DNA from: an uncultured Candidatus Saccharibacteria bacterium
Lineage (GTDB): Bacteria > Patescibacteriota > Saccharimonadia > Saccharimonadales > Saccharimonadaceae
Reading direction: 5' to 3'
DNA length: 64,000 nt
Assembly: GCA_964388235.1 (NCBI GenBank)
Contig: CAYLXN010000001.1
Span: 15,655-79,654, forward strand
Within the stretch, counting starts at the first letter, position 1; each line of letters starts with the position of its first letter. The notes under the pieces were generated by a model. That model saw only the letters and a list, made by a program, of their open reading frames with translations, was not told the origin of the DNA and did not search any database. Positions 26,814-36,559 of this stretch are shown piece by piece. Both the position numbers and the translations under genes were made by a program.

Positions 26814-29800
26814 TAGTATCTAGCTGGTAATTCTTTCAGACTAGTGGTTTTGAAGACGTTATTACCAGAGGCAGCTGAGTAGCCAAATAAGTAGGCATCA
26901 GGTCGGAAGTTGAAGATTTCAGCTGGTAAATTAGTGTTATGAATGGTGCCATTAGCCTCTTGGATGGCGTTTTGGTTGGCAACCAGAGCTACATCCGCCC
27001 AAGCTCCATTTATATTGCGCAGTTCAGAGCCAGTATCTGAGAAGCTAGTTCGGCGAGGCTTTAGTTGGTTGGCGATTATTGGACCGTTAACTACTAATTG
27101 TTGAGCGCAGGTTTTAGCGCTTAAGTTACCGCCTTGGTTGCAGGTATTGATTAAAGCATTGCCATTATTATTGTCAGCGACTAACCAAGCGTCAACTTTA
27201 GTTACACCTGGGTCGATGGTAATTAGCCGGTCAGAAATTAAGATTAATTGAGGAATGTCAGCGATTGATCCGATGCCATTTTGTGCATAATTAATATTGT
27301 GTTTAACTTCAATCCCTTCTTTAGCTAGGATAACCACTCGCCTACCTTTAGGAATGTTTAGTGGTTCGGTGATGGTGATCGCACGGTCGGCTTTGATGAT
27401 GAAGAATTTATCATTGAGTGGCTTAGGACCGAGGTTGTTCAGATAAGCATTGTTGAGTCGGAAAGACACGGTCTCTCTTTTGTCTGCGTTGTTTAGGTCA
27501 CTGAAATAACCAGCTATGCTCAGATGAGAGCTGTTAGCTGACCTCAAGTGAGAGATGTTGTTACTGCTGCTGAAGCGACCTAACTTATTATTGACGTTAG
27601 CGAAAGTTAAGCTATTGAAGTAGGGACTGTTAATACCGGTTCGGCGCAAGTAGCCAGAGTTGGTGGCGAAGTTAGTGATCGGGCCGTTGGCTACGGCGTC
27701 ATATTCCGTCCAGCTTCCGTGACGACGACCGCTAATAGTGGTATTGTTGGTTGAAATAGAGCCTGTAGTTAGCACTCCCCCGCCTCGGACCTGTAATTTT
27801 GGTCGCTTATCGATGACGATACAGTTAGGCGTGCCGTGGAACCAAGAATCTCGATTGGCTTTGGTAATTTCTTGATCGTACCATGGTTTGACCGAAACTA
27901 CGAAGCAGATCTTGGTACCAACTGGGATGTTTTCAGGAATTCTGTAGCTGAGGTTATTAGCGATGGCTTTGGATTGCTCGGTGGCAGTCAAGGAAGTGTT
28001 GCCCCCAGTTAATTTATTACACTCAGTAGCTTTAGCTGGACCATTTGGATTGGTGTAAAATTCACAAGCAGCACTGCCCGAACTAAATTTTTTGCCTAAA
28101 TTAGTAGTGATTTGATTGTAATTAATGCCAGAACTTGGGATTACAAATCGATCGAGGCTCCATTGGATTGGCTTAGTTTGAGTAGCGTCTAAGTGAGGAT
28201 AACTACCGTTTTTATCTTTGTTGATAGTTGGTTGATTGATAGTAATTTGTGAACCTGGAGCCGTGCCGCCATCAATACCGACGGTGGTGTCGTTGATATT
28301 GTAATTATACGGCACGTAGGCGCAGACAATACTAGAATTGGCGGTTCCGGTTGGAGAGTAGTTGTTGATTGAATTATACTGAGATGGAGTGATTGATAAC
28401 TGACGGCAGATTCTTTTTCCAACATCCTCTGGCTTAACCTGTATCTGGAGTAGCCAAGTTTGGTTCCTAGTGTCTATGTAGAAGCGGTCCCTAGTCTGGG
28501 AGAAGGATGAATAAGGGTCTTTGATTATAGGTCTGAGTGGGTGGTTTGTGATCAGCTTTGTCTGCTGATTTAGCCGCCAAGAAAAACGAAAAGTTATGTA
28601 TTTATTATTGGCTGAAGCAACGACATCAGATGTTTGGTAGGCTCTTTGGTCGCTTCGACAGCCATCTTGTCCTCCAGATACACTAGGGTCACCGCAAGTA
28701 ACACCTGCGCCTACAATTGAGTTCCATATTTGAGGGTTGCATTGAGATGAGCCTTTAGGGTGCCAGCCTGAAGGGCATGATTCTTCGAATGAAGATGTGT
28801 TGTCCTGACCTTTTCCAGTTTGACAGCACTCGACTTTAGGCTTTGGCGGAATTTGGCAGATTGCGCTGCCAGCAGGAGCGTAATCACCTGTACATGAAGA
28901 CATTTGGTATAAAGGATTGAAGCCACTGTATTTTTTACAGCAACTAACTTTTGGGTTAGCGGGTGGATTTGTAGGATTGGTGGGGGTCGACCCAGCTTCT
29001 CTTCGAACAAAAAGACCATAAAAAGCAAAGGCATTAGCATCTGTGTGCGGGGCGGTTGGTCGTACGTAAACTTTGTCGTAAACGATCGCATCTATAGTGT
29101 TATTACCTGTTCGGAGATGGTTAGTGACGTCTATGTCTTGGCTAATACCACTGGGATTGGCCTGCGCATTTTGAGCTTTATACCAACTACTGCTATTTAC
29201 TCTTATATATGCCATATCATCCATAGCATGACGGAGAATTACTCTTCCTCCATTGGCTTTTGCTGATTCTAAAATTTGCGATGTGAGGTAAAAATTAGTT
29301 TGCAGACTAGTAGAGCCAAAAGAAGTCAGATAATAATGTCCTGCATGACTACCACCGTTGTCAGAGTATGAAGTGTAGCCGCTTATTTTATTTTGATTTT
29401 TGTCTGAAAAAAGAGTTCTATTGATGATTGGAGCCATACCGTTTTTTGATGGGGTGTTTTCGCCAAACGCAAGGTTAGCCATATTTTGACCAAGTCCACT
29501 TGCGTACATCATCGCATTAGCTCCCCTGCAAGGAGTTGCATAGTTGGCGCTAGAGCAATTGAAAAAGGCTGCAAGTTGATAAGGTGCGGCAAAGTTGGCG
29601 GTTAGACTTGTGTAGCCTTTATGACAAATGCTTTTATATCCCATCGTGCTGCTACTGAGGTATAGTTGAACCTTACCGTCTAAGTCTCTATTGCATTGTT
29701 CTAGGCCGTCATTTAAATGGGGGATGGGTGGAGATATACTAGTGCTATAGCGTTGCAGTCTAGCGTAAGTAGGGGCATATGCGCTACCTGAGCCTGTGAT

Positions 29801-29986
29801 TACTAAATCGCCATTAGAATCTTTAAACTGTGTGTATTTGTAACCCGAAGTCGCAAAAGTTGGTGTTTTGCTGAAATCTAAAAAAATCAAGCTATTAGCA
29901 ATGGCTAGTGCTAAAAAGCTACATTTGATTATTTTGCGAATAAAAGTTTTTTTAAGAGTCATGGATTTATCTTTCATTTTTATCAC
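26813..29986 (-). CDS. Large secreted Cys-containing hypothetical protein (1057 aa)
   Basis: It has a signal peptide and a possible PA14-like segment (HAMDDMAYIRVNSS). A P/T/N linker is followed by a CC-containing Cys cluster. Its stop overlaps the murE ATG (TAATG). Confidence 0.6.
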   Translation of the reverse strand: MIKMKDKSMTLKKTFIRKIIKCSFLALAIANSLIFLDFSKTPTFATSGYKYTQFKDSNGDLVITGSGSAYAPTYARLQRYSTSISPPIPHLNDGLEQCNRDLDGKVQLYLSSSTMGYKSICHKGYTSLTANFAAPYQLAAFFNCSSANYATPCRGANAMMYASGLGQNMANLAFGENTPSKNGMAPIINRTLFSDKNQNKISGYTSYSDNGGSHAGHYYLTSFGSTSLQTNFYLTSQILESAKANGGRVILRHAMDDMAYIRVNSSSWYKAQNAQANPSGISQDIDVTNHLRTGNNTIDAIVYDKVYVRPTAPHTDANAFAFYGLFVRREAGSTPTNPTNPPANPKVSCCKKYSGFNPLYQMSSCTGDYAPAGSAICQIPPKPKVECCQTGKGQDNTSSFEESCPSGWHPKGSSQCNPQIWNSIVGAGVTCGDPSVSGGQDGCRSDQRAYQTSDVVASANNKYITFRFSWRLNQQTKLITNHPLRPIIKDPYSSFSQTRDRFYIDTRNQTWLLQIQVKPEDVGKRICRQLSITPSQYNSINNYSPTGTANSSIVCAYVPYNYNINDTTVGIDGGTAPGSQITINQPTINKDKNGSYPHLDATQTKPIQWSLDRFVIPSSGINYNQITTNLGKKFSSGSAACEFYTNPNGPAKATECNKLTGGNTSLTATEQSKAIANNLSYRIPENIPVGTKICFVVSVKPWYDQEITKANRDSWFHGTPNCIVIDKRPKLQVRGGGVLTTGSISTNNTTISGRRHGSWTEYDAVANGPITNFATNSGYLRRTGINSPYFNSLTFANVNNKLGRFSSSNNISHLRSANSSHLSIAGYFSDLNNADKRETVSFRLNNAYLNNLGPKPLNDKFFIIKADRAITITEPLNIPKGRRVVILAKEGIEVKHNINYAQNGIGSIADIPQLILISDRLITIDPGVTKVDAWLVADNNNGNALINTCNQGGNLSAKTCAQQLVVNGPIIANQLKPRRTSFSDTGSELRNINGAWADVALVANQNAIQEANGTIHNTNLPAEIFNFRPDAYLFGYSAASGNNVFKTTSLKELPARY

Positions 29987-29992
29987 TATATT

Positions 29993-30541
29993 TTAATCAA
30001 CTCGATTAATAAATATTTCTTTAGCGAACATATCGTATTTAGTGTCGCTTTCGTTTAGACCGCCAAACTCCCTTGCTTTATCGGAACCGATAATCGAAAC
30101 TTGCATAGGTGTACCGCCAGAAATAGAGTCAATACTTCTATCTGGTTCAAGTTCAGTTTTATCAGTATAGTAAGCTTTGGTATGGTCTGAAGCATAGAGT
30201 GTCAAGTCGCTGTTTTTGAATTCGCTAGTACCATCTTCTTTAAAATATTCTAGAGATTGAGTAATGGTCAGTTCTTTGGTTTCTGGGTTGTAGGATTTGA
30301 AATTGCCTTCATATATAGTTCCGTCTTCGTTGCTAAGTTCGATGACCGCCTCCTGCTTCTCTTTCTCAGCTAGCTTGGCTTTGGTTTGGGTCAATTCTTC
30401 ATTTTTATTTCCATAAGGCAAGTTGGTGCCGACGAAAATTCCGATCGCCAAGCCGACGATAAATAGCACCGCCAATAAACCAATGATAATATAATTTTTG
30501 TTGTCGGTCTTTGCTTTTTTGGGGGTTGTTTTCGATGCCAT
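29993..30541 (-). CDS. Hypothetical N-terminally membrane-anchored protein (182 aa)
   Basis: It has a single TM helix (YIIIGLLAVLFIVGLAIGIFVG) followed by a soluble domain. It ends 6 nt upstream of the 1057-aa gene. Confidence 0.55.
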   Translation of the reverse strand: MASKTTPKKAKTDNKNYIIIGLLAVLFIVGLAIGIFVGTNLPYGNKNEELTQTKAKLAEKEKQEAVIELSNEDGTIYEGNFKSYNPETKELTITQSLEYFKEDGTSEFKNSDLTLYASDHTKAYYTDKTELEPDRSIDSISGGTPMQVSIIGSDKAREFGGLNESDTKYDMFAKEIFINRVD

Positions 30542-30657
30542 TTATGAGCTCCATTTATAATAATTAATAGTTTATAAAATACATAACCATTTTAGCAGTT
30601 TTAAATATAAAGTAAAGAAATATTGCTAGTCGAAGATTCATAGTATAATAATTAGCA

Positions 30658-31692
30658 ATGAGGATTTTAGGGATTGAAACTAGTTGTGATGAAACCGCAG
30701 TGGCGATCGTCGAGGATGGTCAGCGGATTTTGGCAGATGTGGTTTTTTCGCAAATTGATCTGCACGCGGCGTTCGGTGGCGTGGTGCCAGAGGTAGCGGC
30801 GCGATCGCATTTAGAAATAATCAATCCATTGGTGGAGCGGGCTTTGAATGAAGCTAAGACTAGCTGGGAGGAAATTGATGCGATCGGGGTAACTTACGCA
30901 CCTGGATTGATTGGCTCGCTGTTGATCGGCACTCTCGCCGCCCGAACTTACGCTGTGACGCACAATATTCCCCTCTATTCGATTCATCATACTCTGGCTC
31001 ATTTTTATGCTAACTATTTAGCAGTTGATTCGATTGCCTTTCCTCACCTGTCACTGGTGGTCAGTGGCGGTCACACTCAATTGGTGTTGTTTAATTCACA
31101 ACATAACTTTAAATCTTTAGGTCAGACTCAGGACGATGCGGTCGGTGAGGCTTTTGATAAGGTGGCCAAAATTATCGGTCTGCCCTACCCCGGTGGGCCA
31201 GCGATTCAAACGGCGGCTTTGCAAGGTGATCCAGACCGATTTAAATTGCCGATCAGTAAGATGCAGCGACCTTATGATGTCAGTTTTTCGGGTTTAAAAA
31301 CTGCGGTGCTGCGGCAGGCTCAGCAACTAATTGGTGAAGACTATAGTTTTCCATCTGGCGAGATTGCTAATCGGTTGTCACCTCAGGATAAGTTCGATTT
31401 GGCGGCTAGTTTTCAGCAGACGGCAGTTAAAACCTTACTAAAGGTTTGTCAGAGAGCGGTTGATAATTTTCAGCCTCAGTCGGTCTCACTGGCTGGCGGT
31501 GTGGCGGCTAATCAATTACTGCGTCAAACTTTCCAGCAAAATTTCTCCAAATTAATCGTGCCAGAACTAAAATTTACTGGCGATAATGCTGCCATGGTGG
31601 CAGTGACAACCTATTATTTGTCGCAAACCAACTCCCCTGTTGATCCGTATGATTTTGAAGTTGAGCCGAGTTTATCGCTCGATCAGTTATAA
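30658..31692 (+). CDS. tsaD: tRNA N6-adenosine threonylcarbamoyltransferase TsaD
   Basis: MRILGIETSCDETAVAIV..., HLEGH-equivalent region, and GGVAAN. Confidence 0.9.
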   Translation: MRILGIETSCDETAVAIVEDGQRILADVVFSQIDLHAAFGGVVPEVAARSHLEIINPLVERALNEAKTSWEEIDAIGVTYAPGLIGSLLIGTLAARTYAVTHNIPLYSIHHTLAHFYANYLAVDSIAFPHLSLVVSGGHTQLVLFNSQHNFKSLGQTQDDAVGEAFDKVAKIIGLPYPGGPAIQTAALQGDPDRFKLPISKMQRPYDVSFSGLKTAVLRQAQQLIGEDYSFPSGEIANRLSPQDKFDLAASFQQTAVKTLLKVCQRAVDNFQPQSVSLAGGVAANQLLRQTFQQNFSKLIVPELKFTGDNAAMVAVTTYYLSQTNSPVDPYDFEVEPSLSLDQL

Positions 31693-31695
31693 TTT

Positions 31696-32649
31696 ATGGT
31701 AAAATTTAAAGTAATGAAGAGGCATTTTTTAGCAAGTGAAGCTTGGTCTAGGTTCCAAAAAACTAAAAATTTGGAGACTATCTTCGCTGAAGGCAAAGGT
31801 TGGTTGTACGCAGCCATTGTTGAGACTGACAAAATTAACCCTCGCTTGTACTGCCCGCGCTCTCCTCAGGTTGAGTCAGTGGAGGCTTTGCAGGCGGCGT
31901 TGAAAGATCTAGAGACCAAAGCCAAGGAAAACGACGTCTGGTTTGTACGGATCGAGCCGGATGGGGCTAATATAAATTCCAAAGATTTAATTGGCTTGGG
32001 CTATCATCGGGTTAAGGATTACCAGCCGAGCCTGACTTGGCTTTTGGATCTCTCCCCTTCTGAAGATGAATTGATTGCTAACATGAAACAAGCTAACCGC
32101 AATTTGTATCGAAACTACCAAAAGAAAGGCTTGGAGTTTTGTGAAGCTGACAGTTCAGACGAAATCGAGCATTTAATCAAGCTTTTCGAAAAAATATCAC
32201 AACATAAAACTGTGAAATTTCACCCCCCAAAATACTTCAGAAATCTGGCCTCTTCTATGATAGATTCGGGTTCAGCCCACTTGTTTCATGTGAAAAAAGA
32301 TGGTAAAATAATAGCCTCAAGTTTAGTTTATGACGACAACACTACCCGCTATTACGCACATGCAGCTAGTGATCACGATCAGCGAAAATTAGGAGCTGGT
32401 TCAGTTCTATTAACTAATATGATCATCGATGCTAAGCGACGAGGTTTGAAAAGCTTTGATTTTTACGGAGTTACTGATAGTGCTAATCCCGATCACCCGT
32501 GGTACGGATTTACTAAGTTTAAGCAAAGTTTTGGTGGTGAGTATTATCGTTATCTTGGCACCTGGGAGAAACCAATCAAGGCACTCCCCTATTGGATTTA
32601 TCGACAAGTTTTAAAATTGACTCGATTACTCAAAAAAATCCGCCCATGA
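31696..32649 (+). CDS. FemAB-family peptidoglycan interpeptide-bridge aminoacyltransferase
   Basis: The C-terminal half (YYAHAASDHDQRKLGAGSVLL...FDFYGV...GFTKFKQSFGG) is typical of FemAB / lipid II aminoacyl transferases. Confidence 0.65.
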   Translation: MVKFKVMKRHFLASEAWSRFQKTKNLETIFAEGKGWLYAAIVETDKINPRLYCPRSPQVESVEALQAALKDLETKAKENDVWFVRIEPDGANINSKDLIGLGYHRVKDYQPSLTWLLDLSPSEDELIANMKQANRNLYRNYQKKGLEFCEADSSDEIEHLIKLFEKISQHKTVKFHPPKYFRNLASSMIDSGSAHLFHVKKDGKIIASSLVYDDNTTRYYAHAASDHDQRKLGAGSVLLTNMIIDAKRRGLKSFDFYGVTDSANPDHPWYGFTKFKQSFGGEYYRYLGTWEKPIKALPYWIYRQVLKLTRLLKKIRP

Positions 32650-32692
32650 TATAATTTAAGCAAACTAAATAACTGAGAAATGAGAGAAGAAA

Positions 32693-35257
32693 ATGGAATT
32701 AGCTAGCAAATATCAGCCCAGTCAATTAGAACCGACTATCTATGCGATGTGGGAAAAAAGTGGGGTATTTAACCCCAGTGGCGAAGGCGAGCCTTACTCA
32801 ATCGTGATGCCGCCACCAAACGCTAACGGTAATTTGCACATAGGTCATGCTTTGACGGTTAGCCTTCAGGATCTGTTGGCGCGTTATTACCGAATGAAAG
32901 GCCGCGATGTGGCTTATATTCCAGGGGCTGATCACGCTGGTTTCGAAACGTGGGTGGTGTTTGAAAAGCATCTTGCCAAACAGGGGAGAGGCCGGCACGA
33001 ATTTTCACGTGACCAGTTGTATCAGATGGTTTGGGATTTTGTGGCCAAAGAGCGGGGTAATATGGAGCTGCAATTGCGAGCTTTGGGTGTTAGCTGTTCT
33101 TGGAATGATTTGGTATTTACGCTGGATGAAAAAGTTATCAAGGGCGTGTATCAAACCTTCAAAAAATTATGGGATGATGGGCTGGTTTACAGAGGTGAGC
33201 GGATTGTTAATTATTCGACTAAATACCAAACTAGTTATGCTGATATTGAGGTAGACAACAAAGAAGTTGAAGGGGTGCTGTATAAGATTGCCTACCCAAT
33301 ACTTGATGAGGTTGGGGAGTTGGTAGTAGCAACCACGCGTCCTGAGACGATGTTTGGCGATGTGGCGATTGCGGTTAACCCCGAAGATGATCGCTACAAG
33401 AAATTTATTGGTAAAGAAGTGATATTGCCGCTGACCAATCGCGAAATTCCAGTGATTGCTGATGAATATGTTGATCCTGAATATGGAACAGGGGTGTTAA
33501 AAATCACTCCAGCCCACGATCCAAACGATTTTGAGTTGGGGCAAAAATATCAATTTGAGCCGATAAAAGTCATCGATTTTGATGGGACGATGATTAATGT
33601 TCCAGCTGGTTTTGTTGGGTTGACTGTCGATGAGGCGAGGAAGAAAACCATTGCTGCGCTCGAGGCTCAAGAGCTGTTGCGCGGTTCTGAGACCATAAAA
33701 CACGTGGTTGGTTTTGACTATAAATCGGGCTTGCCGATCGAGCCGATGATCAAGGATCAATGGTTCTTAAAAGTTAGGCCCTTGGCGGAGAGAGCCAAGC
33801 AGGCGTTGGTTGACGGCCAGATAAAGTTTTACCCCGAGAGTAAGAAGCGAGTTCTAATTCAATACCTGGACAATCTTCGAGATTGGAATTTATCACGCCA
33901 AATCGCTTGGGGGATTCCGATTCCAGCTTTTCAGAATAGCGAAAATTGTGATGATTGGATTTTTGACGATCGCGTTGACCAAAAAGAGCTGGAGATTAAC
34001 GGCAAGATTTATTATCGCGAAGAGGATACTTTTGACACTTGGTTCTCGAGTGGGCAGTGGCCATTTTTGACAACTGATTACTTAGAAAATGGTAAATTAG
34101 CTCGATTTTACCCTAATAATTTGATGGAAACCGGAGCTGATCTGTTGGATCGCTGGGTGGCGCGGATGATCATGTTGGGTTTGTATATGACCGATAAAGT
34201 GCCGTTTGAGGAAGTTTATATGCACGGCATGGTGCTGGACTCTAATTCGCAAAAAATGAGTAAATCCAAGGGTAATGTTGTGAATCCGATGGAAATTATC
34301 GGCGAGTATGGCTCCGATGCCTTAAGAATTGGGGTAATTAGTAATCGTTCAGCTGGGCAAAATCAAGCTTTTTCTACTTCGAGCGTGGTTGCTGGGCGCA
34401 ATTTCTGCAACAAACTTTGGAATATGGCGCGGTTTGCTCAATCGAAAATTGATGATAACTTCAAAGTGGAATATTTAGACGGTGTTACGGCGGTTTCAGA
34501 GGCTGACAATTGGATTTTAATTCGGCTTAATCAAGCCATCAAGCAAGTTGAGGATAATTTGGCTAATTATCGATTTGCTGAGGCGATGGAAACGATTTAC
34601 CACTTCTTGTGGAGTAACGTTGCGGATTGGTATGTCGAAAGTGCAAAAACCAATCTCAATCCGCAGTTATTGGCATATGTTCTCGAGTCTTGCCTCAAGC
34701 TGGCTCATCCGTTTGCGCCTTTTACAACTGAAGCGATTTGGCAATCACTACCTTGGCGTGAAGATTTGCTGATTAAGCAATCATTTCCAGAATCAAACCA
34801 AATTGTGGTTGATTCAACTAAGGCAAATGCTTTTGATGATATAATTAAAATAGTTGAAGAAACTAGATATCTCAATGCATCGCTGCCTGGATATAAAAAA
34901 TATGATTTAATTTATGTTTCTGATGAGCTAATTGCTAATAATCGAAAATTAATCAAACATTTGGCAAACCTCAAGGATGTTATTCAACAAGATAATCCAG
35001 TTGGAATTCGAATTGCCAACACAGCTCATAATTGTTGGCTAAAAGTTGATGCGGAAACTCTCTACCGTCATCAGTCTGATTTAGAAGTGCGACTGCTCGA
35101 GACTCGCGCCCAGGCGGCTAAATTAGCTCAACGCTTAGAAAATCAAGCCTATTTGGCGAAGGCGCCGGCTAAACTAGTCGATGAGTCAAGGTCGCAACTT
35201 AAACAAACTGAAGAGTTAATTGCTCGGTTAGAAAAAGAACTAGAAGTCCTCGAGTAG
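32693..35257 (+). CDS. valS: Valine--tRNA ligase
   Basis: HIGH motif (PNANGNLHIGHAL), KMSKS motif (KMSKSKGN) and a C-terminal coiled coil. Confidence 0.95.
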   Translation: MELASKYQPSQLEPTIYAMWEKSGVFNPSGEGEPYSIVMPPPNANGNLHIGHALTVSLQDLLARYYRMKGRDVAYIPGADHAGFETWVVFEKHLAKQGRGRHEFSRDQLYQMVWDFVAKERGNMELQLRALGVSCSWNDLVFTLDEKVIKGVYQTFKKLWDDGLVYRGERIVNYSTKYQTSYADIEVDNKEVEGVLYKIAYPILDEVGELVVATTRPETMFGDVAIAVNPEDDRYKKFIGKEVILPLTNREIPVIADEYVDPEYGTGVLKITPAHDPNDFELGQKYQFEPIKVIDFDGTMINVPAGFVGLTVDEARKKTIAALEAQELLRGSETIKHVVGFDYKSGLPIEPMIKDQWFLKVRPLAERAKQALVDGQIKFYPESKKRVLIQYLDNLRDWNLSRQIAWGIPIPAFQNSENCDDWIFDDRVDQKELEINGKIYYREEDTFDTWFSSGQWPFLTTDYLENGKLARFYPNNLMETGADLLDRWVARMIMLGLYMTDKVPFEEVYMHGMVLDSNSQKMSKSKGNVVNPMEIIGEYGSDALRIGVISNRSAGQNQAFSTSSVVAGRNFCNKLWNMARFAQSKIDDNFKVEYLDGVTAVSEADNWILIRLNQAIKQVEDNLANYRFAEAMETIYHFLWSNVADWYVESAKTNLNPQLLAYVLESCLKLAHPFAPFTTEAIWQSLPWREDLLIKQSFPESNQIVVDSTKANAFDDIIKIVEETRYLNASLPGYKKYDLIYVSDELIANNRKLIKHLANLKDVIQQDNPVGIRIANTAHNCWLKVDAETLYRHQSDLEVRLLETRAQAAKLAQRLENQAYLAKAPAKLVDESRSQLKQTEELIARLEKELEVLE

Positions 35258-35276
35258 ATAGTGCTTTTAGAAAAAT

Positions 35277-35306
35277 AATCAACCTTGCTGGCTAGCAGGG
35301 TTGATT
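35277..35306. terminator. Hairpin between convergent valS and rlmH
   Basis: AATCAACCTTGCT / AGCAGGGTTGATT with one G-U pair. Confidence 0.5.
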
Positions 35307-35308
35307 GG

Positions 35309-35761
35309 TTAATAGTGATGATAAGGCTGGTTGCGATTAATTGCTTGAGCTCGGTAAATTTGTTCGGTTAATAATAAGCTGACAAGCTGATGCGGAAAAA
35401 CTAATTTTGACAAACTCCAGATAAAATCCGCCCGCTGTTTGACTTCTTGATTAACTCCGTAGGCGCCACCGATAATGAAAGTTAATTTATGAGATAATTG
35501 TTGGTCGATCAATTTGGCCAGAGCGGGGGAGTCAAAGATCGAACCAGTTTCGTCGAGCAAGATTACAAATTGATCGGGTTTAACTTGGCTTAAGATTTGC
35601 GCTGATTCGTGGTTTTTAGCCGCCAGGACGTCGTTTAGACCGCTGGGACGAATCCAATTCCAGTTTATTTTATAAGCTGGTTCTAGGCGCTTAGAAAAGG
35701 TCGCAATTCCTTCCTTGATGTAGGGTTGGTGTTTCTTGCCAACGGCAATGACGGTAATCAT
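35309..35761 (-). CDS. rlmH: 23S rRNA (pseudouridine1915-N3)-methyltransferase RlmH (SPOUT)
   Basis: 150 aa (IIGGAYG...FPHQLVSLLLTEQIYRAQAI). Confidence 0.85.
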   Translation of the reverse strand: MITVIAVGKKHQPYIKEGIATFSKRLEPAYKINWNWIRPSGLNDVLAAKNHESAQILSQVKPDQFVILLDETGSIFDSPALAKLIDQQLSHKLTFIIGGAYGVNQEVKQRADFIWSLSKLVFPHQLVSLLLTEQIYRAQAINRNQPYHHY

Positions 35762-35763
35762 AG

Positions 35764-36159
35764 CTAGAGCTTGGTGGTGAATAATTTTTTGGCCATAGTT
35801 TCGAGTTCAAACTGGCTAGCTTGAGGTGCATCATGATTGAGAAACTCATCAACTTCATCAAACGGAATCAAGTGAACGTGAGCGTGTGGAACATCGGCGC
35901 CGACTACCTGAACACCGACATATTTAGTGCCGAGTTTATTTTTCAGGTGGCTGCCGAGTTGTTTGGTAGTTAGCATCAGATAACTGTAATCGTCATCAGT
36001 CATTTGCCAGATGAATTCGACTGGTTTTTTAGGGATTAGCAGAGTGTGTCCAGGTCGATTGGGAGCAATATCTAAAAACGCCAGTACTTTGTCATCCTCG
36101 TAGATTTTATGGGCTGGTATCTCGCCCGCGATAATTTTGCTAAAAATTGTATCTTCCAT
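35764..36159 (-). CDS. HIT-family (histidine triad) protein
   Basis: It carries the HAHVHLIP histidine triad and the IFSKII.GEIP N-terminus. Confidence 0.9.
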   Translation of the reverse strand: MEDTIFSKIIAGEIPAHKIYEDDKVLAFLDIAPNRPGHTLLIPKKPVEFIWQMTDDDYSYLMLTTKQLGSHLKNKLGTKYVGVQVVGADVPHAHVHLIPFDEVDEFLNHDAPQASQFELETMAKKLFTTKL

Positions 36160-36227
36160 GCAATTCCTTTCGCTTACTTCTTTGATTTTTATTATAGCAA
36201 ATGAAAAACTCTGCCAATAGGCAGAGT

Positions 36228-36467
36228 TTAGAGAAAATAGGTTATGACAACTTCCCCTTCACTGACTTCTGTACGAAGGCGCACTTTTTTGGAGCCTTCT
36301 TTAAAATATCCAGTCAGTGCGTTTTTTGACAGATCAGGATCTAAGATCCTATGTCCGTCAATAATAAGAGGCTCTCCTTTTTTATAATAGGCTTCGAGCC
36401 TATTATAAAATTCGTCTGGTGAGATTTTTAATTTTTTGTATCTCACCTTTATTTGACAATTTTTCAT
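36228..36467 (-). CDS. Hypothetical small protein (79 aa)
   Basis: ORF only, visibly AT-rich, no motif recognised. Confidence 0.4.
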   Translation of the reverse strand: MKNCQIKVRYKKLKISPDEFYNRLEAYYKKGEPLIIDGHRILDPDLSKNALTGYFKEGSKKVRLRTEVSEGEVVITYFL

Positions 36468-36559
36468 GTCAAATCCCTCCTTTCTCTTTTTTGTTTCGCT
36501 ACCGAAACGTTGGATTATTTTATCATATATTTATTAAATAGTCAATAAAATAAAGATCA

